A DNA stretch of 64,000 nt, taken from NCBI GenBank assembly GCA_963845185.1, contig CAWJRG010000010.1:736001-800000 (forward strand), read 5' to 3'. The notes beneath the pieces were generated by a model that saw nothing but the letters and a program-made list of their open reading frames with translations, had not been told where the DNA came from and ran no database searches. The stretch is from an uncultured bacterium. GTDB lineage: Bacteria > Oederibacteriota > PGYV01 > CAWJRG01. Position numbers and translations under genes: made by a program. Position 1 is the stretch's first letter; every line of letters starts with the position of its first letter. Below, piece by piece: positions 41,374 through 51,061 of the stretch.

Positions 41374-42927
41374 ATGGCTAAAAAAGCCAAGGATAAATTA
41401 ATTGAAAAAGAAAAAGCAAAAGGAAAAGGTATTAAAATAAGTCTTGGTTTTAAATTTAGTTTTTTTGTTGCACTTTTATTGACTGCTATTATGATAATGA
41501 TTACAGTATCAATTTATAATGAAGAGCAACAGGCTCTCACTAAAGAAGTTAAGGAACGTGGCGTTGCAACTGCAAAAAATCTTGCAAATAATGCATCTGA
41601 CCCATTAATAAAAAACGATGATCTTTCACTTGCAATTCTTACAAAAGAGGTTGTGCAATTTCCGCAGAAAGAAGAAAATGAAAATGAAAATTTTATAAAA
41701 AATTTTATTAGTATTTTCAAAAATGAATTACTGCAAAAAAAAGAAGAAAACGCTGTAAAAAATGAAGGAATACTTGAAGCTTTTATTGTTAATAATAAAG
41801 ATGGAACAATAGCGGCTGCAAATGATATAAATAGAAATGGTAAAATATATCAACTACCAGCAGGAATTAATCCATTAAAACCTGACCAAGATATTTTAAT
41901 ACAATCTTATAATAAGGGCATTAAAGAATTTTTTGATATTGCTGTACCTATATTGACAGTAGTGAATAATAAAAAATATTTTGTTGGTGAAGTCCATCTG
42001 ACTATATCACAAAGTATTATTTCCAAAGTTGTCACTATTGCGGCGGTAAAAATCGCATTAATAATTCTTGTATTTCTTGTAATTGGTATAATTGTTTCCA
42101 TATTACTTGTTAACATTATGGTCAGACCGATAAGGTATCTTGTAGAAGGCGTAAGAGCAATTGGAGAGGGTAAATATGATGTACAAATAAAAATCAAAAC
42201 AAGGGATGAACTTGGTGAGTTAACAGAAGCTTTTAATAATACTGCCAAAAGTTTAAAAGAAAAAGAATTACTAAAAGGCGCATTTTCAAAGTACGTTTCA
42301 AGTAGTATAATGGAAGAAATTTTAAATGATCCAACAAAATTATCACTTCACGGTAAAAAAGTAAAAACTACAATACTTTTTGCTGATATAAGAGGCTTTA
42401 CATCGATGGCTGAAAATCTTCAACCGGAAGAAGTAGTCGATATAATAAATGAATATCTTACACTTCAAACTGATAAAGTATTTAAATGGAATGGCGTTCT
42501 TGACAAATTTATAGGTGATTGCGTTATGGCTGTATATGGTGTGCCCTTTCCGAAAGAAGATGATGCATATAGAGCAGTAATGACAGCTATTGACATAAGG
42601 GATAGCGTCGATAAATTAAATTCAATAAGACGGAACAGAAACCAGATAGTTGTAGGCATAGGGATGGGCATAAATACTGGTGATGTTGTATCTGGAAATA
42701 TGGGTTCTCCCCAGAAAATGGATTATACAGTTATAGGAGATAACGTTAATCTTGCTGCCCGTCTCGAAGCAAATGCTCCCGCAGGAGCAATATGGATAAG
42801 TGAAAGTACTTATAATGAAACTAAAGAATTAATTGATTATAAAGAACTTGAATCAATAAAAGTTAAAGGTAAGAAAGATCCTATAAAGATATTTGAGCCA
42901 ATTTCGTTAAAATTGAAAAACAAATAG
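41374..42927 (+). CDS. Membrane class III adenylate cyclase (2 TM, periplasmic domain, HAMP)
   Basis: HAMP (PIRYL...DELGELTEAFN), FADIRGFT, LDKFIGD, DYTVIGDNVNLAARLE with all catalytic residues present. Confidence 0.92.
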   Translation: MAKKAKDKLIEKEKAKGKGIKISLGFKFSFFVALLLTAIMIMITVSIYNEEQQALTKEVKERGVATAKNLANNASDPLIKNDDLSLAILTKEVVQFPQKEENENENFIKNFISIFKNELLQKKEENAVKNEGILEAFIVNNKDGTIAAANDINRNGKIYQLPAGINPLKPDQDILIQSYNKGIKEFFDIAVPILTVVNNKKYFVGEVHLTISQSIISKVVTIAAVKIALIILVFLVIGIIVSILLVNIMVRPIRYLVEGVRAIGEGKYDVQIKIKTRDELGELTEAFNNTAKSLKEKELLKGAFSKYVSSSIMEEILNDPTKLSLHGKKVKTTILFADIRGFTSMAENLQPEEVVDIINEYLTLQTDKVFKWNGVLDKFIGDCVMAVYGVPFPKEDDAYRAVMTAIDIRDSVDKLNSIRRNRNQIVVGIGMGINTGDVVSGNMGSPQKMDYTVIGDNVNLAARLEANAPAGAIWISESTYNETKELIDYKELESIKVKGKKDPIKIFEPISLKLKNK

Positions 42928-42969
42928 GTGTAGACCAATATTTAATTTAAATTAAAAGGATAATAAACT

Positions 42970-44220
42970 ATGGAACAAGAAAGTAAAAAAGACATATTAA
43001 AAACAATAACAAGATACGCTCAAGCCGGCGAATGGAATAAAGTAATCAAAGGATATGAAGAGCTGCTTGGACGTGATCAAAATGATATTAGTTTGCATAA
43101 TTCTCTTGGCGATGCTTATGCAAAAACCGATGAACATAGGAAAGCTTTTGAACATTATCTAACAGTGCTGAATGATTACCAAAAAACAAAACAAGTTTCA
43201 AAAATAAATTTTTTATATAAAAAAATTGTTAAATTAAATCCACGAAAATTTGATTTAGAAGGAAAAGCTTTGCATGAAAAACTTACACAAATTGTTAATG
43301 CGCAGGCTTTATATGATAAAGAAGATTATGATAATTCTATTCCTGCATTAAAGGAAGCAATAAAATTAGATCCTTTTAATATCGATTTATTCATGCGTTT
43401 GGGTGATGTTTGTGAAAAAAAAATGTTGATAGGTGATGCAGTTGAAGCATATGTAAAATTACTTAGGATATTAATCGAAAAAGAAATGTTTGAGGAAGCT
43501 TTTGCCGCTGCTGAAAAAATTTTAACTCTTGATAAAGGAAATATTGACGCTAAGGCAATTCTAGCAGAAAGTTATATTATAAAAGGTGATAAAGAAAAAG
43601 GCGAACAGGCTTTTAATGAAATACTTTTTTTTATTAAAGAAAAAAATTTTATTGCACAGGGAAAGGAAGTAGCAAAAAAGGCAATGGATTATTCACTCCT
43701 TATAGGAAGGGAATATTATGCTTATTTTCTCTTTAAAGATAATAAAATAGATGAGGCAAAGCGTATACTTTCTGAAGCTTATGATCTTACAATGGAAGAA
43801 AAATTACTTTTTGGTAAAATATATTTTAAAACACTTGATTTTGATAAAGCAAAAGACATTTTTCTTTCTTTAAGCCCTGATTTAATACAAAATAACATTG
43901 AGATAAATGAATTATTGGGTGATATATTCTTGAAACTTAGAGAATATAAAAAGTCCTCTATATATTATTTTACAGCTGTTAAATTACTTTTAAATAAAAA
44001 TATGCTTGATGCCGCACTAGTTATGGGTAATAAAGTTATTAATGTAGATTCCGATAATATTGAGCTTCATGAAATAATGGCAAATATATACTTAAAAAAG
44101 GGAATGAAAAATAATTTGATTGACGAATATACAAGGTTAGCTGCCCTATATGATAAATTAAACCGAAAAGAAGATGCTATGAAAATACGTCAAATGCTCA
44201 CAAAATTAAAAATTATATAA
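42970..44220 (+). CDS. TPR-repeat protein
   Basis: Repeated helical motifs (HNSLGDAY, LFMRLGDV, LLGDIFLK). Confidence 0.8.
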   Translation: MEQESKKDILKTITRYAQAGEWNKVIKGYEELLGRDQNDISLHNSLGDAYAKTDEHRKAFEHYLTVLNDYQKTKQVSKINFLYKKIVKLNPRKFDLEGKALHEKLTQIVNAQALYDKEDYDNSIPALKEAIKLDPFNIDLFMRLGDVCEKKMLIGDAVEAYVKLLRILIEKEMFEEAFAAAEKILTLDKGNIDAKAILAESYIIKGDKEKGEQAFNEILFFIKEKNFIAQGKEVAKKAMDYSLLIGREYYAYFLFKDNKIDEAKRILSEAYDLTMEEKLLFGKIYFKTLDFDKAKDIFLSLSPDLIQNNIEINELLGDIFLKLREYKKSSIYYFTAVKLLLNKNMLDAALVMGNKVINVDSDNIELHEIMANIYLKKGMKNNLIDEYTRLAALYDKLNRKEDAMKIRQMLTKLKII

Positions 44221-44225
44221 ATGAT

Positions 44226-44579
44226 ATGAAGCCTTTTTTATGTGATATGTGTGACTTCCCGGTAAAAATACAGGATGCGCTGGTCAGGTGGCACCACAAT
44301 AAAAAGCAGAAGTTTGCCGAAAATTTCCAGATAATCCACGAAACCTCGCCGTGCAACAATACACAAAACAACTACTTTAATAAAAGTCTTGCTCTTGATT
44401 TCGTGTTTAAGAATATGCCTGAATTTTTGTCGTATATTGCCAGGTTTGATTACGATAAAAATGAGTTGAAAAATTTTGTACATAAAATAGAAAAGGACAG
44501 GTCGTATATCAGGAGGTTTAATGCCGACAAAAAAGTTGTTAAGAAGCTTATCATACTCCTAGACGGTTTCGGAAACTAG
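44226..44579 (+). CDS. Hypothetical protein, possible Zn-binding
   Basis: 117 aa, CDMC near the N-terminus plus H..C (IIHETSPC). In operon spacing with neighbours. Confidence 0.6.
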   Translation: MKPFLCDMCDFPVKIQDALVRWHHNKKQKFAENFQIIHETSPCNNTQNNYFNKSLALDFVFKNMPEFLSYIARFDYDKNELKNFVHKIEKDRSYIRRFNADKKVVKKLIILLDGFGN

Positions 44580-44581
44580 CT

Positions 44582-45049
44582 GTGGAACACAATGATGTTA
44601 GAAAAAGATTAAAACAATACACGGCAGGGGAAATAAAAGACCTGGCCCTTCTCTCTGAAATGGAAAAGCACATCGACACATGCTACATATGCAAAAAAGA
44701 GCTTAGCATGTGGAACGAGTCGCTTGATAGACAGAAATTACTGCAGGAGCTAGGCAAAAACCTATCGCCTAAAGATTTTAGAAGCAGGGTAGGACAAAGG
44801 ATGGCTTCGCTTGACAGGAACCCTAACTTGCCGCCTTTTGTAATACAATTCAGAAAAATCAGCCGGTTCAGGATAAAAGCTGCCAGGAATGTGTCTATAT
44901 ATAATATCATTATTGCCTTTATATTAATCCCGAATCTCGTTCTTTCAGCATTTATTGTATTTTTAAAGCACAACGCTATTCCTTTTTTACTCATTCTTTT
45001 CAGTATTCTGATTTTATTCTTGCTTTCATTAAGAGAAAAGCTTAAATAA
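44582..45049 (+). CDS. zf-HC2 (ZAS) anti-sigma-factor-like membrane protein
   Basis: HIDTCYIC (HxxxCxxC) and two C-terminal TM segments. Confidence 0.7.
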   Translation: MEHNDVRKRLKQYTAGEIKDLALLSEMEKHIDTCYICKKELSMWNESLDRQKLLQELGKNLSPKDFRSRVGQRMASLDRNPNLPPFVIQFRKISRFRIKAARNVSIYNIIIAFILIPNLVLSAFIVFLKHNAIPFLLILFSILILFLLSLREKLK

Positions 45050-45059
45050 CTTCATTGTT

Positions 45060-47036
45060 TTATTTATAAATGGTGCTTTTAATAGTTATTTCAACTCTGC
45101 GGTTTTTCGCTCTTCCTTCGTCTGTATCATTTGTTGTTAGCGGCCGCTGATCTCCGTAGCCTACAGTCGTTATTCTTTTTTCTTCTATTCCAAGGAGATT
45201 AATCATAAAAAATTTAATTGCTTCAGCCCTTGCTTTAGAAAGTTCCTCATTAGTTTTATATTTTATGCCAGTGGGAGGTATGTTATCAGTATATCCTTCC
45301 ACAACTATATCTGACTCTTTGTATTTATCAGTTACTTTTTTCATTTCTTTTAGAATATTATAAGCTGATATTTTAACATCAGCTAGACCTATATCAAACA
45401 AAGCATCAGATGCAAAAGTAAGTTTTACTTCTCTGAGCAAAACTACTTGTGATTGCACCTGTGTTTGATTTTTATTTCCCACTTTATCGTCGGCGGAAAA
45501 ACTGTAATAATAAATATCCCCTGTATTTACGTATTCTCCATTTGTTCCTTTTCCATCCCATATATAAGACAGTGGTGGATCTCCATACCCGCTAGTAGTA
45601 AAAAATATTTTTTTATCCTTATTCCAAATTATAAATTGCCATACGCCAATATTATTTTTATCATGCGCATAAAAAGTAAATGTAGCAGGTATTAATAACG
45701 AACTTTGTCTTTCACCCGGTCTTAAAAGTTTAGGTTCCGCATCCACTCTTACATCAGGAGGAGTATTGTCTATCTCAACTGATATATGGTTGGACTCTGA
45801 AGTGCCATTTGAATATTCAGCTAAAAGCGAAGCATTGTAAACCCCGTCAGGCAATACAATGCCATTTGCTTTACCATCCCATTCTATGCTTTTTGCCGCT
45901 TTATCACCTGTTAAAGTGACAAGATGCGTACCTGTATAATTTGTAATATTTATTTTAAAAGATTTAATTTTTTCAGGAAATTTCAACAAAGGGGTAAAAT
46001 AAGTCGTATCTAAAAATCCGTCTCCATTGGGTGAAAAAACCGCTGGGTTTACCTTTAAATTTACCGGAGGCGTTCCCCAATTATATAATAATGAAAACCT
46101 TTGCGTATTCCCAAGTTCATCGTAGCTATTGTAAGCATAATCAAATTCAAAATTATCATATCTGATTCCTAACCCAATAGTCGGTTGGTTAAACGCGCCT
46201 AATTTATAACCCGCCCTTATGGCAACTATATTATAAAACCAGTATTCCGCTCCGATACTATATAGCGTATTATAATCAACTTGCAATGTTGTCTGTGCTG
46301 ATAAAAGAAGGGAATTAGAGAGCAGACTATCTGATATGCCCAGCTGAACCATTGCCGGCGGTTCAAAACCTTGCTGTTCCATGGTTAATTCAGAGCCTAT
46401 ATTTGATATTGTAAGACCAAAGCGCACATAATTGTCGTTTAAATTTAATTTGTACATTCCACCGATAGCTCCTGTAATGCCGAAACCAGTTGCTCCATTT
46501 ATATTTTCGCTTGAGTATTTTAAATTTATGCCTGCTGAAATATCATTCCTCAAGTCAAGACCATAGCAGAGAATTACCGAGTAATCATAAGGAGTAAAAT
46601 AGTTTTTAACAAGGCTGTCCCAAAAACTCTGGTCATATTGCGGATTATTTAAATCGCTTAAAACATCCGGTGTAAGCGCGCTTGTATTTGCCATTTTATC
46701 AACCTGGAACCATGTAAAAGCAAATCCAAATTTTCCAACATCAATAAAAGGCATGGGAGTTGTCATGGCAAAAAATTCATAATTAATATCCTGGAACCAT
46801 GATATGTGGGTCATCTGAATTTCATAACCAAGCGCTGATGTCAAACCGGCAGGGTTATAATAAATACCATAAGTACCGTCTGAAACGGCTGTAAATGCTT
46901 CGCCCATACCAACGGCTCTTGCAAAAGGTGAAATTTTTAAAAAATTCGAACTTGTTGTCCCTGCAAGCTCTTGCCCTGCGTGTAGATTCATATTTATTAA
47001 TATAATAAATGAAATTAATAACAGTACTTTCTTCAT
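45060..47036 (-). CDS. PorV/PorQ-family beta-barrel fused to Ig-like domains and a C-terminal OmpA peptidoglycan-binding domain
   Basis: Likely start MKKVLLL (47036). FLKISPFARAVGMGEAFTAVSD..YYNPAGL; FSPNGDG; WDGK repeats; ALFD..VEGYTDN..NEELSKARA..GRAKNRRVEI. Confidence 0.85.
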   Translation of the reverse strand: MKKVLLLISFIILINMNLHAGQELAGTTSSNFLKISPFARAVGMGEAFTAVSDGTYGIYYNPAGLTSALGYEIQMTHISWFQDINYEFFAMTTPMPFIDVGKFGFAFTWFQVDKMANTSALTPDVLSDLNNPQYDQSFWDSLVKNYFTPYDYSVILCYGLDLRNDISAGINLKYSSENINGATGFGITGAIGGMYKLNLNDNYVRFGLTISNIGSELTMEQQGFEPPAMVQLGISDSLLSNSLLLSAQTTLQVDYNTLYSIGAEYWFYNIVAIRAGYKLGAFNQPTIGLGIRYDNFEFDYAYNSYDELGNTQRFSLLYNWGTPPVNLKVNPAVFSPNGDGFLDTTYFTPLLKFPEKIKSFKINITNYTGTHLVTLTGDKAAKSIEWDGKANGIVLPDGVYNASLLAEYSNGTSESNHISVEIDNTPPDVRVDAEPKLLRPGERQSSLLIPATFTFYAHDKNNIGVWQFIIWNKDKKIFFTTSGYGDPPLSYIWDGKGTNGEYVNTGDIYYYSFSADDKVGNKNQTQVQSQVVLLREVKLTFASDALFDIGLADVKISAYNILKEMKKVTDKYKESDIVVEGYTDNIPPTGIKYKTNEELSKARAEAIKFFMINLLGIEEKRITTVGYGDQRPLTTNDTDEGRAKNRRVEITIKSTIYK

Positions 47037-47417
47037 AATTATATTCTTTTCCTCCCGCATTCTTAAATTCAATTTTACCGGGAATTTTGTCCGATATTTT
47101 TGATAGTTAAATTGTAATGTATTTTCCAAAAAAAAACAAGTAATTACTTTTATTTTCAAATTGCTATAGAAAAATAAAAAAAATTCTTCTTGAATAACAG
47201 CTTTACAAACGAGTTAAATATATTCATCCATATGGTGAAAGGGGGGACGACCTTATAAATGTTTATATAAATTGCAATTTTTAATTTCATATAATACTTT
47301 AATGAAAACTTCTCGTTGAAAATTCTGTCAGGGTTTTATTTTTTAGTTCTATAAAAGTATACTAGTAATACACTTAAAGATTATTCGAAATTTTATTTCC
47401 TATTTTTAAGTTTTTGC

Positions 47418-47446
47418 TTGACTATACTCGCTTATAATTCTATAAT
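47418..47446 (+). promoter_or_regulatory. sigma70 promoter for dnaA
   Basis: TTGACT-N17-TATAAT. Confidence 0.65.
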
Positions 47447-47539
47447 CTATTCATTGCAGAATTTTTGGGGCAATTGAAAATAGTAATATTATTCGTAATT
47501 TTACTATGATTTATATGGCTGAAAAAATTTTTTATGTTA

Positions 47540-47670
47540 TAATAAATATGTTAACTATTTGTTGATAAATATGTTAATATTTGTGGATAAATTATATTTC
47601 GTTTGTTTTATAATAGTTTTTTGTAATATTATTAATGTGGATAATACTTATCAACTTTGTGGATAACTTC
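47540..47670. other. oriC part 1: DnaA-box cluster upstream of dnaA
   Basis: TGTGGATAA at 47582, 47636 and 47658; TGTTGATAA at 47560; AT-rich context. Confidence 0.85.
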
Positions 47671-47686
47671 TAAGGAGACGATAAAA

Positions 47687-49039
47687 ATGAATGTTGATTC
47701 ATCCCAATGGGACAATATATTGGGAAAAATTAAAGTGGAAAACCCGGCTTTATATATATGGCTTGAAAAAACAAAAATTATGTTTAATGATGAATTAAAC
47801 AAATATATCATAGAAGTTTCAGATACGCTGCATAAACAAACACTTAACAGTAAATATAAAACCGATGTTTTCAATATTCTGAAGGAGAATACAGGTCAGG
47901 AAATTGATTTTGATTTTGACATTAAAAAAGAAACCGGCCATATAAAAGAAACTTCCTCAAAAATTGTCATTAATGAACGCCAGATATCCCTGCCGCTGGA
48001 ACCACGGCCGGAGCATATACCAAATTTAAACAGCAAATATAAATTTGAAAATTTTATCATAGGGGACAATAACAGGTTTGCCCAAGCAGCTTCCATGGCA
48101 GTCGCGGAATCCCCGGGGCAGACCTATAACCCGCTTTTTATTTACGGAGGCGTCGGCTTAGGCAAGACGCATCTTCTACACGCCATAGGCAATTTTGTTT
48201 TTGACAACAAACCCTCGGCAAAAATCCTGATAATCACATCTGAAAAGTTTCTTTTTGAAGTGGTGCAGAAAATCCGTGAAAACAAAATGGATGAGTTCAG
48301 GGAAAAATACAGGAACGTAGACCTGCTTCTTGTTGATGATATTCAATTTCTGCAAAGAGGTGAGAGCGCAAGGGAAGAATTCTTTCACACTTTTAACGAG
48401 TTGTATAACCTGAATAAACAGATAGTGGCAACTTCTGATTCTCCACCGCATGAATTAAGGCTTGAGGAAAGGCTGCGTTCGCGTTTTTCTGCGGGTTTGA
48501 TTGTTGATATACAGCCGCCCACTTTTGAAACCAGGGTAGCAATATTAAGACAAAAATCAAAGGAATTCAACAGAAATATCCCTGACATTGTCATTGCATA
48601 TATTGCAGAGCATATTGTAAGTAATATCAGGGATTTAAGCGGCACGCTTCTAACCCTTATTGCACTGGCCCAACAAAGCAATCAGGAAATAAATCTTGAT
48701 GTAGCCAAGCAGGTCGTAAAAATGAAAATCCCGGATATTGAGCTTACAAAAAAGATCGGCATTGATCTAATACAAAAAACAGTGGCTGACTACTTTAATT
48801 TAAAAATTCAGGACTTGTCGTCAAAGAAAAGACCCGAGAATATAGCGAAAGCGCGTCAAATAGCCATGTATATAACCAGAAATATGACTGATTATTCCCT
48901 TGTACAGATAGGCCAGTATTTTGGCGGTAAAGATCATACAACTGTTATGCATGCAATAGATAAAATCGAAAAATTGATAAAAGAAGATGATAAATTTAAA
49001 GCTGTTATTGATGAATTAATTATGCGTATAAAACAATAA
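47687..49039 (+). CDS. dnaA: Chromosomal replication initiator DnaA
   Basis: RBS AAGGAG and ATG 47687; YNPLFIYGGVGLGKTHL, LLVDDIQFL, RLRSRF, GGKDHTTVMHA. Confidence 0.98.
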   Translation: MNVDSSQWDNILGKIKVENPALYIWLEKTKIMFNDELNKYIIEVSDTLHKQTLNSKYKTDVFNILKENTGQEIDFDFDIKKETGHIKETSSKIVINERQISLPLEPRPEHIPNLNSKYKFENFIIGDNNRFAQAASMAVAESPGQTYNPLFIYGGVGLGKTHLLHAIGNFVFDNKPSAKILIITSEKFLFEVVQKIRENKMDEFREKYRNVDLLLVDDIQFLQRGESAREEFFHTFNELYNLNKQIVATSDSPPHELRLEERLRSRFSAGLIVDIQPPTFETRVAILRQKSKEFNRNIPDIVIAYIAEHIVSNIRDLSGTLLTLIALAQQSNQEINLDVAKQVVKMKIPDIELTKKIGIDLIQKTVADYFNLKIQDLSSKKRPENIAKARQIAMYITRNMTDYSLVQIGQYFGGKDHTTVMHAIDKIEKLIKEDDKFKAVIDELIMRIKQ

Positions 49040-49300
49040 TGTTAATACTATGTTATTTGATATATTGATATCCTGTGCATAAAGTAATCCTGATAAAAAT
49101 GATAAATTTTTTGTGGATAAATTAGGGAATATGTATTAAAATATTATTAATTATCAACATTAAGAAATATAATATTATAAAGGTTTTAAAAGAGTTTCTT
49201 TTAATTTTAGTGATATGCACAGTACAACAACAGCAACAATATTTACTTTATAAAATTTTGTTATTATAATAGACCAAGAAATTGTGGAAAATAATTTAAA
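49040..49300. other. oriC part 2: dnaA-dnaN intergenic DnaA boxes and probable unwinding element
   Basis: TGTGCATAA 49074, TGTGGATAA 49112, TTATCAACA 49151, ATATGCACA 49213 followed by a trinucleotide run and an AT-rich tract. Confidence 0.8.
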
Positions 49301-49319
49301 AACCTACAAGGAGGCAAAG

Positions 49320-50423
49320 ATGGAAATAAAGACTAATAAAAAGGAAATACTTGATTCGCTTTTAATAATTCAGAATTTTATTTCAACAAGTACTACATTA
49401 CCTCTTCTTTCAAATATTTTATTTGAGGCGGATAATGAGTATTTATATTTGATGGCGACTGATATGGATATAAGCGCAAAGGTAAAATGTAAATTAAGCA
49501 AAATTGAAAAAGAAGGAAAAACAACTATACCCAAGAAAATAATACCTTTAATCAAAGAACTGCCTGATGCTGAAATTTCATTTATAGCCGATAAAAACGA
49601 CAATATTAAAATACAATGCTTGAAATCGTCGTATAAAATACCTGGTTTACCAGCAGATGATTTTCCTGTTTTACAGCTTGACGATAAAAAGCTGGAAACC
49701 ATGAATATTTCGCAGAAAATGTTAAGGGAAATTATTAATTTAACTGCGTTTTCAGCCCTTAAAGATACTGCAAAAAGAAATTTAAACGGGTTATTTTTTA
49801 AGTTTGAAGAAAAGATACTTGAAGTTGTTGGCACTGATGCCCACAGACTGGCTTACGTAAAGAAAACAACGAAAGAACCGGTAAAAACAAAATTTGAATA
49901 TATTATTCCTTTAAAAACAATCAATGAAATTTCAAAAATTATAACTGATGATGAAAAGGATATAACCATTAATTTTTATCCAAAATTAATCGAGTTTAAA
50001 CTTGAAAATATTGAAATTGTATCAAGGATAATAGATGAAAATTATCCCAATTACAACCAGGTGATACCGAAAGAATTTAACATGAGCGCAATTGTAAACA
50101 AAGAAGAACTGCATTCTTCTTTAAGAAGGGCTGTTACGATTTCAAGCGATAAAGCTAAAATTGTATCTTTCAAATTTGAAAAAAATAAACTATACATAAA
50201 TGCTCAAGCGCAGGATGAAGGAGAAGCATTTGAAGAGATGGATATAAAATACGACAATGAACCCATAGAAGTTTCATATAACGCGATATACATCACTGAA
50301 GTTTTAAAAGCAATAAGTCAGAATGAAATTGAAATAAAGTTAATCAGTTCTATGAATCCTGGCCTGATAAAACCTGTTGATGACAATGATTTTGTATACA
50401 TTATAATGCCCATTAGAAAATAG
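49320..50423 (+). CDS. dnaN: DNA polymerase III beta clamp
   Basis: RBS AAGGAGG and ATG 49320; LPLLSNIL, ATDMD, GTDAHRLA, YPNYNQVIP, YIIMPIR. Confidence 0.97.
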   Translation: MEIKTNKKEILDSLLIIQNFISTSTTLPLLSNILFEADNEYLYLMATDMDISAKVKCKLSKIEKEGKTTIPKKIIPLIKELPDAEISFIADKNDNIKIQCLKSSYKIPGLPADDFPVLQLDDKKLETMNISQKMLREIINLTAFSALKDTAKRNLNGLFFKFEEKILEVVGTDAHRLAYVKKTTKEPVKTKFEYIIPLKTINEISKIITDDEKDITINFYPKLIEFKLENIEIVSRIIDENYPNYNQVIPKEFNMSAIVNKEELHSSLRRAVTISSDKAKIVSFKFEKNKLYINAQAQDEGEAFEEMDIKYDNEPIEVSYNAIYITEVLKAISQNEIEIKLISSMNPGLIKPVDDNDFVYIIMPIRK

Positions 50424-50437
50424 GAGCTGATGCAAGT

Positions 50438-51061
50438 ATGTGTTTTAAATCAAGTTTCAAAGTTGTATTGTACATATGGTTTATTTTTTTATTCATATTT
50501 CCCGCCGGAGCGGAAGATATAAAAAACAAAGAAAAAGTGCTTTTTTTTATTTCCCAAGCTGATTTCAGGGATGAGGAATATATAAAACCGGAAAAAATTC
50601 TTAAGAAAGCCGGGTATGATGTTGTAACTATTTCAAACACAAAAGAACAGGCAAGTGGCATGCTTGGCGCAAAAATAATGCCCAATATGGCACTTTCTTC
50701 TGTAAAGAGTTCTGCAGGATACGCTGCTTTTGTCATTGTCGGAGGAAGTGGCGCCATAAAATACGAATGGGCAAACAGGGATTTAATGGCTTTAATTCAA
50801 GATTTTTATCAAAATAATAAAATAATAGCGGCGATTAGTCTTGCGCCTGTTGTCGTTGCCCAAGCAAAAGTACTGGAAAAAAAATTAGCGACGGTAGCAA
50901 ATATAAAAGAAGCAAAACAAGAATTAAAGAAATATAAAGTCAAATATATTTCAAAAGATATAGTAATAGCGGGTAATATAGTGACTTCAGATGGGCCGCA
51001 AACAGCGCATATATTTGGAAAAACTATAATGAAATTGCTCCTCAAGGGGGAAAAAAGATAA
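50438..51061 (+). CDS. DJ-1/PfpI-family protein with signal peptide; nucleophile Cys replaced by Ser
   Basis: [24 protein letters not shown] (usually AAICxxP), [10 protein letters not shown]-terminal hydrophobic segment ending PAGA. Confidence 0.85.
   Translation: MCFKSSFKVVLYIWFIFLFIFPAGAEDIKNKEKVLFFISQADFRDEEYIKPEKILKKAGYDVVTISNTKEQASGMLGAKIMPNMALSSVKSSAGYAAFVIVGGSGAIKYEWANRDLMALIQDFYQNNKIIAAISLAPVVVAQAKVLEKKLATVANIKEAKQELKKYKVKYISKDIVIAGNIVTSDGPQTAHIFGKTIMKLLLKGEKR

Noticed and set aside
47160..47420. Searched for rpmH or an RNA gene upstream of dnaA
   Set aside because: No L34-like ORF or recognisable structured RNA could be read.
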